Shown here: positions 8,327 to 16,653 of the stretch, in pieces
Position numbering within the stretch: the first letter of the stretch is position 1
Layout of the letters: every line of letters begins with the position of its first letter
Assembly (NCBI RefSeq): GCF_009617975.1
Contig: NZ_CP040089.1
Coordinates: 810,001 to 842,000, forward strand
Reading direction: 5' to 3'
Source: Candidatus Nanohalobium constans
Lineage (GTDB): Archaea; Nanohalarchaeota; Nanosalinia; Nanosalinales; Nanosalinaceae
DNA length: 32,000 nt
The notes under the pieces: model-generated
What the model was told of the DNA's origin: nothing
Database searches by the model: none
The model's input: only the letters and a program-made list of their open reading frames with translations
Translations under genes and position numbers: made by a program

Positions 8327-8466
8327 TGTAGCCCATTTCCAAGATGGACTGGGTAGGACTTTTAGCAATCGTTGGGAGTAAACGACTGAGAGTCCAAGTC
8401 TCCCATTTCTTAATAATGAGTTATAAAATGGGCTTGGTCGGCGGTTCACAATAAGGTGAACCAAAA

Positions 8467-10077
8467 ATGACCAAAAACACGACTTCAGACTCTAATTCTA
8501 AAGAAACCAGTTTTGAAGTTCTACATAGAGTTAACTCAGAACTGGCCAAAAACCCTGAAATTTCTGATCATAACAAGCAGATTCTCGAAGACTTCTTTGA
8601 CGAATGGATAGATCGAGTCGAAAGCTCGACTATTGATGATTACTCCTCACAGTGGAACAGGATAGCCGAAGAAATAGATTTCAATCTGGATGAAGCAGAA
8701 AGAGAAGATGTCAAGGAAATAATAAAGAAGCTCGGCAGGGACGAAATTAAGAAAAGAAATGGAGAGACTTACTCTGACTACAGTAAGGACAAAACTAAGA
8801 AAGCTCTGACCGTTTTCTACAGAAGTTTCGTGGAATACACAGGCGAGGGAGAAGAAGAATACCTTGAAGAATTAAACGGGTCTGCACTGGTCAGAAAACT
8901 TGACAAATATCTTAATGAGCCTCAAAAGGAAGTAATTCCAGAAACAAAACCAGATCCATCACAAATGAAGAAAATCATAGAATCTGCTGATTCTTTCAGG
9001 AACCGCTGTATAATATTCTTTGGTTGGGCTACAGGATGCCGTATTGGGGAAATTTTTCCAACCGATGATAAGCCACAGCCACTACTATGGAAAGATATCA
9101 ACTTCAAAAGCAACGATGACAAGATGACTGTGCGGTTAAGAGTGAATAAGAAGGGCGGTAGCTCCAGTAGGAGAGTGATCAATATGGTTAACTCAAGACC
9201 TGTAATGAAAAAGCTCTATGAAGAACAGAATCCAGATCCAGACGAACCTGTTTTTAAGGAAAAAGATGCCGATATTCGCTGTCCTGATTGTAGAGCCAAC
9301 GCCACTAGAGTCGCCAAGAATAGCGATAAGTCTATGTCAACAAGCTCACGTAGAAAGTATGCATGTGATGAATGTAGCTGGAGAGGGAAAAGTTCTTCTG
9401 CTTATAGAAAGAAAGAAGCTCTTGGAGCTGGAGCGGTTAGAGATATTGTCAAAGAGGCAGTAAATGATTCCGAAGTAAGGAATATTGATGATAACCCTCA
9501 CGCAGTATTTCGTAAGGCACGTGCTTTACATAAACAAGCTATGAACTGGGGAGATGGAGGAATTAGGAGCTTTTTTGGTTGGGCAGAAAACAGCAGTTCT
9601 CCTGGCCACTACAAAGAAGCACTTGAAGTCAATCAGAAACAAGACCTGCAGAACGAACATCCAGAACTCGATATTAATGTCGAGGGCAGATTCTACGATG
9701 AGTCATTAAAGCCAACCAAGTGTAGCGAGTGCGAAAAGCTTAATAGCAGGTTATGGGACATATGCAACCGTTGTGGCAAAGAACTTACCTACGATGGTAT
9801 GGTGATGACAGGAGATACACCGGATTCCACAAAGAATGAGATTAAGCACGAAGTGAAGGACTGGGGTATTGACTATCTCTTGGACAAATCCTCTATTGAA
9901 GAGGAAGACTTCAAGAGTGAGTTGATGGATGTGCTTGACAACAAGCTTCAGGAAGTGGACTTTGACAGTCAAGACCTTGAAGATGGAGATGAGGAGGGTA
10001 TAGAGGATCTAGACAAAGAGGATATAGTTGAGAAGATGCAGAAATTACAGAACAAAGTGGAGGAGTTAGAAGGCTAA
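8467..10077 (+). CDS. Tyrosine recombinase/integrase with two Cys4 clusters and an acidic C-terminal tail
   Basis: 536 aa. Box I-like GWATGCRIGEIF. Box II-like NPHAVFRKARALH, then FFGW...PGHYKE as the candidate catalytic Tyr region. Cys clusters are CPDC-x(27)-CDEC and CSEC-x(11)-CNRC. The tail is D/E-rich and coiled-coil-like. Confidence 0.75.
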   Translation: MTKNTTSDSNSKETSFEVLHRVNSELAKNPEISDHNKQILEDFFDEWIDRVESSTIDDYSSQWNRIAEEIDFNLDEAEREDVKEIIKKLGRDEIKKRNGETYSDYSKDKTKKALTVFYRSFVEYTGEGEEEYLEELNGSALVRKLDKYLNEPQKEVIPETKPDPSQMKKIIESADSFRNRCIIFFGWATGCRIGEIFPTDDKPQPLLWKDINFKSNDDKMTVRLRVNKKGGSSSRRVINMVNSRPVMKKLYEEQNPDPDEPVFKEKDADIRCPDCRANATRVAKNSDKSMSTSSRRKYACDECSWRGKSSSAYRKKEALGAGAVRDIVKEAVNDSEVRNIDDNPHAVFRKARALHKQAMNWGDGGIRSFFGWAENSSSPGHYKEALEVNQKQDLQNEHPELDINVEGRFYDESLKPTKCSECEKLNSRLWDICNRCGKELTYDGMVMTGDTPDSTKNEIKHEVKDWGIDYLLDKSSIEEEDFKSELMDVLDNKLQEVDFDSQDLEDGDEEGIEDLDKEDIVEKMQKLQNKVEELEG

Positions 10078-11846
10078 CTGAATAGGCTTCTCAACCTTTT
10101 CTCTATCAACTTTTCTCTTTCCTTCTTGAACTTGAGGAACTGATCAAACTCCTGAAGACTTTCTCCTGTAGGGATTAGGTGTTTTTCTGGTGATTTCTCT
10201 GATTGTGTTTTTATCCATTCTCCAAATTCCTGATCATTCTTTGTTGTGTTTTCATTTTCTGTGAGAAGCTGGAGGTTTCCTATCTGTTCGTAGTTCTCAA
10301 GATATTTTTCTATCTTTTCTTCGGAGTAACCTCTTTCTCGTAGTTTTTCTTCTTCAAACTTGGAGTCTGGGAAGATGTGGTCGGTGTGGTAGCTGATGTG
10401 CCCCCAATCTGTTCTATCGTATAGAAGGGTTAGTGCTAGGAATGTTCTTTTCTTGCCGTATTCGAACTCTAGAATGTTTTCAACTATTTCTTCGTTGAAC
10501 CCGACAGTCTTTCCTCTTCCACGCAACTTTGAATTGATCTTTTCTACAGGGAATTGGCTATTGCCTTTAATTGCTTCTCTGGCATCTCTAAGAACAGTAT
10601 CTGATTGTCCTCCGAATGTTCCATTCAGTAGAGAGCTTAAGAACCATTTCTGAATCTTTTTCCTAGTCTCTGTTTTCTCTACGGATTCTCCGTAGAGTTC
10701 TACTGACGGGTTCTTCATGTAGAAGTAGGCTATAGGTATCAGAGCATTTTGGCTTGTTAAGTTGTTTGAGTCAACTCCAAAGCTGTTAACCAGTTTTACT
10801 GCCTTTTCTATAGCTTCTTTGATATCATTCCAATTAGCTTTGATCTTTTCTAGATTAGTTGCTGTGAAGTTATCTACTTTGTATCTTACAGGTAATTCAG
10901 ATAGTACGAGAGAGCTTTTCAGCACGAAGTCTTTGTCGAAGTCGTTGTCTTCGTCTAGTTTATTGTTGATCCGGTCTACGAAGTTGGTTATCTCTTCTCT
11001 TGCGTTTATTTCGTCTTCTGAATCGCTTCCTTTTGCCCAGTTTCCAACTGCCATCGAAAGTAGAAGGTCTGACTTTGTTAGCTGGGTTCCTCCGTCGTTT
11101 GTTCTAATGAATATGTCAAGGACTTTCTCCATGTCCTGTTCTTTCTCAGTATAGTAGTTGATTATCTCCTGTTTTTTGATTATATCGTATAGCTGGCTCA
11201 AGTTGCTTTGAACATAGAACTCTTCGTCAGAGGATAAATCTTCGCTTTCTTTAATCCTATTTACTTCTTTGTGCTTCTGTTTGTCGTTTTCTAGCCCTAG
11301 GATCTTTCCTACCCTGTACCAGTATTCGCCTTCGCTGTTTTCTGGATCTTTCTTAAATTCAAATTCGTACTGGAGTCGCATCTCTCCTTCTGTTGTTTCG
11401 TCAGGGTTTGAAAGCAGGTTTAGGTATAGCTTCTTCTTTTTCCATGCGTCTTCATTATCATATCTTTTCCATTTTTCTTTGGAAGTGTAACTACCTTTCA
11501 AGCCAATAAACAGGGAAGAAAGCCTCTGCTGACCATCTAGTACCAGACGAATATCTGATTGACCATTAGCATCAGTTGTCTGATTTCTATGTAGTGCAGG
11601 ATGTGGAGTATGTTTCCTGTTCGTGGTGTAGTTCTGTATAAACTGGTATTTGACATACTCTTCTTTGTTTTCTTCATTTACTTTCCAGAAGAGGAATGAA
11701 CCTATAGGATACGATCTCATTAGAGAATCGAATAGTTTTACTATCTGATCTTCGTCCCAGACGAACTCTCGCTGTATCGCTGGGAGGTAGTACTTGGAGT
11801 TTATGTTTTCGACTGCTTCTGCTATGCTTTCTGTACTATATCCCAT
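10074..11846 (-). CDS. DUF262/DUF1524 protein (GmrSD-family type IV restriction endonuclease-like)
   Basis: 590 aa. N-terminal DUF262 hallmarks are IQREFVWDEDQIVKLFDSL...YPIGSFLFW and VLDGQQRLSSL. The C-terminal His-Me/HNH-like DUF1524 motif is HTDHIFPDS...GNLQLLTENENTTKND. Confidence 0.85.
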   Translation of the reverse strand: MGYSTESIAEAVENINSKYYLPAIQREFVWDEDQIVKLFDSLMRSYPIGSFLFWKVNEENKEEYVKYQFIQNYTTNRKHTPHPALHRNQTTDANGQSDIRLVLDGQQRLSSLFIGLKGSYTSKEKWKRYDNEDAWKKKKLYLNLLSNPDETTEGEMRLQYEFEFKKDPENSEGEYWYRVGKILGLENDKQKHKEVNRIKESEDLSSDEEFYVQSNLSQLYDIIKKQEIINYYTEKEQDMEKVLDIFIRTNDGGTQLTKSDLLLSMAVGNWAKGSDSEDEINAREEITNFVDRINNKLDEDNDFDKDFVLKSSLVLSELPVRYKVDNFTATNLEKIKANWNDIKEAIEKAVKLVNSFGVDSNNLTSQNALIPIAYFYMKNPSVELYGESVEKTETRKKIQKWFLSSLLNGTFGGQSDTVLRDAREAIKGNSQFPVEKINSKLRGRGKTVGFNEEIVENILEFEYGKKRTFLALTLLYDRTDWGHISYHTDHIFPDSKFEEEKLRERGYSEEKIEKYLENYEQIGNLQLLTENENTTKNDQEFGEWIKTQSEKSPEKHLIPTGESLQEFDQFLKFKKEREKLIEKRLRSLFS

Positions 11847-14800
11847 TATTCATCCCTGAAATGCTTCTTGATGTATTTTTCTGTGTCTCTTTTGCTTAAT
11901 TGGTCTGTTCTGCTGTCTTCTCTCACATAGAAGTCATCAGTTGCCACATAGATTGGTTCATCGCTAGGCTCTACCCCAATTACGCAGATGGATTTATCTC
12001 CAAGCGTGTCAAACCTGACCTGTATTTTCTGAGAGGCAAATGTCTCCCCTAGATTCTGGCTCAAGGCCTCATGTAGCTGGTCTTGGAACCCATCCTGCCC
12101 CTTCTGAACGGCTTTGAAGTCTTTCTCTAAGCCTGTAACCTGTCCTTCTTTATCAACACCTAGAATGAGGTGGCCTCCTGCGGAGTTTGCAAAAGCACAT
12201 ACATGCTTGGCAATTCTTTCCTTTGCCTGAGCATCACTTTCCTTATCTGGAAGCATCCTTTCTTCAAACTCTACATTCTTGTCCCGGCCTTCTTCCACCA
12301 TATCTCTGCTATCTTTCTTTGAGGAATTGATGAACTGGTTGTAGAGCCAACTCTGGAATACTTCAGCAAACTGGTTATCATTCGTGGCCTTGTTGAAGAA
12401 CTCTGTGTTCTGATCTATCATATCCAGCATCTCTTTCCTTGTTACATTCTTGAACTTCATCTGTGCCTTTTCCTTATTGTTCTTCTCTACAGTCTCCTTA
12501 AGGGCCTGATTCTCCTGTAATCTGTTCTTCAAGTGCTTGATAAAGTTCTTGTCCTGTTCATCGACTTCATATCCAAATTGCTTGTTCAACATCTCTACGA
12601 TATTCTCTAGTGGAGATTTTTTCTCTTCGCTGACCTTCTTACCATCTTTCATTTTATGCGTAGGGCCAAGTTCACCACCAGATTGCTCTAGTGATCGGTC
12701 TTCTTCGTTGGACACTTCTTTTATGTGGTACTGGTCTAAATCCACAAACTGCTTTACTTCATTAGGCATATCGCCTGTTTCTACAGGTAGCTTCCTGTAT
12801 AGAACTCTTGAGAACTGGTAAAGCTTATGCAATTCCTCATCTCTGAAGTTAACTACTTTTATGAGGAATGAGTAAAGCTGTATAAAGTCTTTCAGCTTTT
12901 TCCTGAAGTCTTCCTGTTTTTCTTCATCGGTGTTTTCGTATCTATCCTTCACAGGATCAAGAACGGCTGTCAGTTCGTCCTGTCTAGTTTCCTTACTGTA
13001 CCAAAGTTCTGCGAAGTCCTCAACTTCACTTTCCTTGAATAGTTTGAACTCCTTCAGTTCTTCTTCCAAGTCATAAACAAGCTGTGGATTGGTTCCCTGC
13101 TTCACTTTTGTCTTGGTATAGAATCTCTCGAAGGCTTTCTGTATATCTTCAGGATCATTCTTGAAGTCTACCACCATGGTGTCTTCCTTGTCTGGATGAG
13201 TTCTGTTAAGTCTAGAGAGTGTCTGAACTGCTCTTACTCCCCCTAGTTTCTTGTCGACATACATGGTATGGAGTAGAGGTTGATCAAATCCTGTCTGGAA
13301 TTTGTTTGCTACTATGATTGTTCTTGCGTCATCTTCCTCAAATTTGTCTTCAATCTTTGTGTCTAAATCTTCGTTAACATCTTTCTCAGAGACTTTCTCT
13401 CCGTTATATTCAAATTCGGAGAAGGCGGCTAGAGCCTTGAAGTTGTAATTGTTTTCATCAAGGTATTCGTCAAAGGCTTCTTTGTACTTGATTACCTGTT
13501 CTCTTGATCCTGTTACAAGCATAGCTTTGGCTTTTCCATCGATTTTGTGCATTACTTCTTCTACGAAATGTTCAACTATTATCTCTGTCTTCTTGGATAT
13601 CACAAGATCGTGACTATCAACAAAGGATTTCAGAAGCCTCTTTGTCTTGCTTTCTTCGAACTCCGGGTTGTTCTCTATGGTTTTCAATAGGTTGAAGTAG
13701 TCATCGTAGGTAGTGTAGTTCTGAAGTACATCTAGGATGAATCCTTCTTCTATTGCCTGACGCATACTGTAGAGGCTGAATGGTTCATAGCCCTCATCTT
13801 CTTTAGGTTCTCCAAACATTTCCAAGGTCTTTTCCTTAGGAGTAGCGGTAAATGCAAATGAACTAACATTTGAGAGAGCTCCTCTACTTTCCATATCCTG
13901 ATTTAATCTATCCTGAGGTGTGACTTCTTCCCCTTCTTCATCATCTATATCTGCTAGGGTCTTGGTCTGACTATCCTTCAGTTCTCCTGTTTGTGAGGAG
14001 TGAGCTTCGTCTATCAAGACAGCAAAGTTTCTGTCGGACAAGTCTTCCATTTCTTCAACTATGTAGTCGAACTTATGGATTGTGGATACTATTATTTTCT
14101 CTCCACTTTCTAAGGCATTTTTTAGCTGTTGAGAACTTTCCTCTACATTAGCGACTACGCCTTCTACCTGTGAGAACTGCTTCAAGTGGTGCTGAAGCTG
14201 ATCGTCAAGAACTCTTCTGTCAGAGATAACTATAACTGAATCATATACTGGTTCGTTCTCATCATTATGAATTTCTGCTAACTGGTGTGCCAACCAAGAT
14301 ATCGTAAATGTCTTTCCACTGCCAGCACTATGCTGTATCAGATATCTTTCTCCTGCACCATTCTTTTCTACATCATCAACACATTTCCTGACTGCCTGTA
14401 GCTGGTGGTAACGCGGGAAGACAAGTATTTCTTCTTCAGTAAGGTCTCCTTGATCGTCCCTTTCCTTGAACTCAGTAATAAAGTTCTGAACTATGTTTAG
14501 AACACTATCTTTACTCAATAGGTATTTCCAGAAGTAGCTTGTTCTGTATCCTGATGGGTTAGAAGGGTTTCCTGCACCGTGATCGTTTCCTTTATTGAAC
14601 GGCAGGAAAGTTGTATCTTGTCCAGCAAGTTCAGTTGTCATGTAAACCTCTTCCGGACTGACCGCAAAGTGAGCCAAACACCTACCAGGGCTGAAAAGCT
14701 TATCCCTAGGATCTCTATCTTCCTTATATTGTCTCTTGGCCTTGTTTACATTCTGGTTAAAATCTACTTTCAATTCGGAAGTGAAGATAGGTATTCCGTT

Positions 14801-15286
14801 AAGGAAAACGGCTAGGTCAACAGATTCCTTACTTCCTTTGTACCTTAACTGCCTTATTACGGAGAAAATGTTTTTCTCATAGTTTTCTACCGCCTCCTTG
14901 TTCCTGTCTGTCGCTGGCTTGAAGTATGCAAGTTGCTCAAACCTTGCTCCACTCATCCTCAAACCATTACGAAGAACTTCTATGGCTCCCTTTCTCTTGA
15001 GTTGTCGATCAAGTGTCTTCAGGAACTTCTCCTCTGCATTATCACCTTCGAAGTTCTCTAGTTTCTGCCATTCCTCTGGCTGTGTATCTTTTACAAACTC
15101 CAGAACATCTTCTGGAATTAAGCAATATTCTGTATCGAAATGTCTGTTTTCTCTCTTCCTGTAGTTTCCGGGATTAAAGCCTGTGTAGAGAGGTTCAACT
15201 TCGCCTTCTTTCCACTCTGTGTCTTTGGAAACTAGTTCTTCAACGATGATGTCTTCAAACTTCTCTTCTGTTAATTCCTTCGACAT
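11846..15286 (-). CDS. hsdR: Type I restriction enzyme R subunit (HsdR) with a C-terminal AlbA_2/Schlafen-like domain
   Basis: 1146 aa. N-terminal PD-(D/E)xK (VDLAVFLNG...FTSELK). SF2 motifs HSAGSGKTFT (I), VLIDEAHSSQ (II) and FTATP (III). The C-terminal ~145 aa contain EFEE...AFANSAGGHLILGVDKEGQVTG. Confidence 0.92.
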   Translation of the reverse strand: MSKELTEEKFEDIIVEELVSKDTEWKEGEVEPLYTGFNPGNYRKRENRHFDTEYCLIPEDVLEFVKDTQPEEWQKLENFEGDNAEEKFLKTLDRQLKRKGAIEVLRNGLRMSGARFEQLAYFKPATDRNKEAVENYEKNIFSVIRQLRYKGSKESVDLAVFLNGIPIFTSELKVDFNQNVNKAKRQYKEDRDPRDKLFSPGRCLAHFAVSPEEVYMTTELAGQDTTFLPFNKGNDHGAGNPSNPSGYRTSYFWKYLLSKDSVLNIVQNFITEFKERDDQGDLTEEEILVFPRYHQLQAVRKCVDDVEKNGAGERYLIQHSAGSGKTFTISWLAHQLAEIHNDENEPVYDSVIVISDRRVLDDQLQHHLKQFSQVEGVVANVEESSQQLKNALESGEKIIVSTIHKFDYIVEEMEDLSDRNFAVLIDEAHSSQTGELKDSQTKTLADIDDEEGEEVTPQDRLNQDMESRGALSNVSSFAFTATPKEKTLEMFGEPKEDEGYEPFSLYSMRQAIEEGFILDVLQNYTTYDDYFNLLKTIENNPEFEESKTKRLLKSFVDSHDLVISKKTEIIVEHFVEEVMHKIDGKAKAMLVTGSREQVIKYKEAFDEYLDENNYNFKALAAFSEFEYNGEKVSEKDVNEDLDTKIEDKFEEDDARTIIVANKFQTGFDQPLLHTMYVDKKLGGVRAVQTLSRLNRTHPDKEDTMVVDFKNDPEDIQKAFERFYTKTKVKQGTNPQLVYDLEEELKEFKLFKESEVEDFAELWYSKETRQDELTAVLDPVKDRYENTDEEKQEDFRKKLKDFIQLYSFLIKVVNFRDEELHKLYQFSRVLYRKLPVETGDMPNEVKQFVDLDQYHIKEVSNEEDRSLEQSGGELGPTHKMKDGKKVSEEKKSPLENIVEMLNKQFGYEVDEQDKNFIKHLKNRLQENQALKETVEKNNKEKAQMKFKNVTRKEMLDMIDQNTEFFNKATNDNQFAEVFQSWLYNQFINSSKKDSRDMVEEGRDKNVEFEERMLPDKESDAQAKERIAKHVCAFANSAGGHLILGVDKEGQVTGLEKDFKAVQKGQDGFQDQLHEALSQNLGETFASQKIQVRFDTLGDKSICVIGVEPSDEPIYVATDDFYVREDSRTDQLSKRDTEKYIKKHFRDE

Positions 15287-16653
15287 TATACTTCACCTCT
15301 TACATCAATCTGTCCTGTGACAGCCTCTGTAATTAAAGCCTTCCTGTATTCCTTCAAGCGTTCAATTCCTTCCTCTACCTGCTCAATAAGTTCATCAATA
15401 TCCGAAGTTTCCTGATCTAGATGATTTACTATCTCTCTTTGCTCTTCTTTCGGAGGAAGTGGAACTTTCACTTCTCCAACCGTATCACTATTTAGGTTAG
15501 TTTGCGTTCCTGTCTTGCCTGCACCTGTAAATACACCCTGCGAATGGAAAAGATAGTAAATAAACTCCTTATCCGCTTCTAAATTTTTTAACCAAACTAG
15601 ACCGTCGTGAATACAAGTATTTATCTTTGTAATTTTTGGTATCCCATAAGAGCCTGCTATACTGACTATAAGTTCGTTTTTTGGTACTTTAACGCTTTTA
15701 CTAGATCCAAGTTCAGAAAGCGTCTGCTCTGTCTCAGTCAGATATTTGCCTCTTGAGGATATATCCGAGATTCTAACCCAATTGTAATCCCCATTTTCGT
15801 CAAAGTATTTTTTATCTGAAATAGGTCTTGGAGAGGCCCCTCTCTTCACCCAACAGAGAAATTTTAATTTAACTATCTCCCAATTCTGAGGTATTTTCTT
15901 TAACCACTCACTATTTGTTCCCTTCAATTCTACTTCAGAGTTTACACCTTGCATTATCCTGTTTGTTATCAAAGATTTTCGTTTTTCTTCCAATAAATCA
16001 ATTAATTCTTCTTTTTTCTCAATAAGCCTATCAATCTGTTCTGTTTCTCTATCTAGAAATCTTACAATAGCTTTTTGCTCATCTTCGGAAGGCAAAGGAA
16101 CTAGAAGATCCTTATACTTATCAGCACTTACATTTTCTATGGTCGACTGAATAAGAAATGTATCTATCCAGTCCCAATAGTTAGAAGATGATGTAAAGTA
16201 ACTAAAATATTCTGGAAGTATGTGATTCTTGAGTCTTACTCTTATTAGGTAACCTGCAAACGATGCATCATCTTCTTCCACACCGTTATAAAGCGTGGCT
16301 TTACCTACTGTCGCACCACTTCTAGCTAATAAGATATCTCCCCTTTTTAACTGATAATCTTTGGCTATTTCTAGTGGGAGAGATTTTTTAGTTTTCTCTC
16401 TGAGTTCTCCATTTTCTTTGATGTCTGTGATCCTTATGTATCGGGGCTCTTTAGGATCATACTCCCTTGGCGATTCGCTAGCACCATACTTTAAATTTTT
16501 CTCTATTAGAAATTTCAGTTTAGTTAAGTCCCAATCTTGAGGAATCCTTCCCAACCATTCTGCTTTAGTTTCTCTGTATGCACCATAAGGTTGATATTCA
16601 GTAGTTCCTGAATTTTCTTCTCTAAATTCTCCAAGCGATTTAGTTTCACTCAT
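15286..16653 (-). CDS. hsdS: Type I restriction-modification specificity subunit (HsdS)
   Basis: 455 aa. Two target-recognition halves, each followed by a conserved coiled-coil spacer: LDRETEQIDRLIEKKEELIDLLEEKRKSLI and LDQETSDIDELIEQVEEGIERLKEYRKALI. Sits between hsdM and hsdR with overlapping stop/start codons. Confidence 0.85.
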   Translation of the reverse strand: MSETKSLGEFREENSGTTEYQPYGAYRETKAEWLGRIPQDWDLTKLKFLIEKNLKYGASESPREYDPKEPRYIRITDIKENGELREKTKKSLPLEIAKDYQLKRGDILLARSGATVGKATLYNGVEEDDASFAGYLIRVRLKNHILPEYFSYFTSSSNYWDWIDTFLIQSTIENVSADKYKDLLVPLPSEDEQKAIVRFLDRETEQIDRLIEKKEELIDLLEEKRKSLITNRIMQGVNSEVELKGTNSEWLKKIPQNWEIVKLKFLCWVKRGASPRPISDKKYFDENGDYNWVRISDISSRGKYLTETEQTLSELGSSKSVKVPKNELIVSIAGSYGIPKITKINTCIHDGLVWLKNLEADKEFIYYLFHSQGVFTGAGKTGTQTNLNSDTVGEVKVPLPPKEEQREIVNHLDQETSDIDELIEQVEEGIERLKEYRKALITEAVTGQIDVRGEV

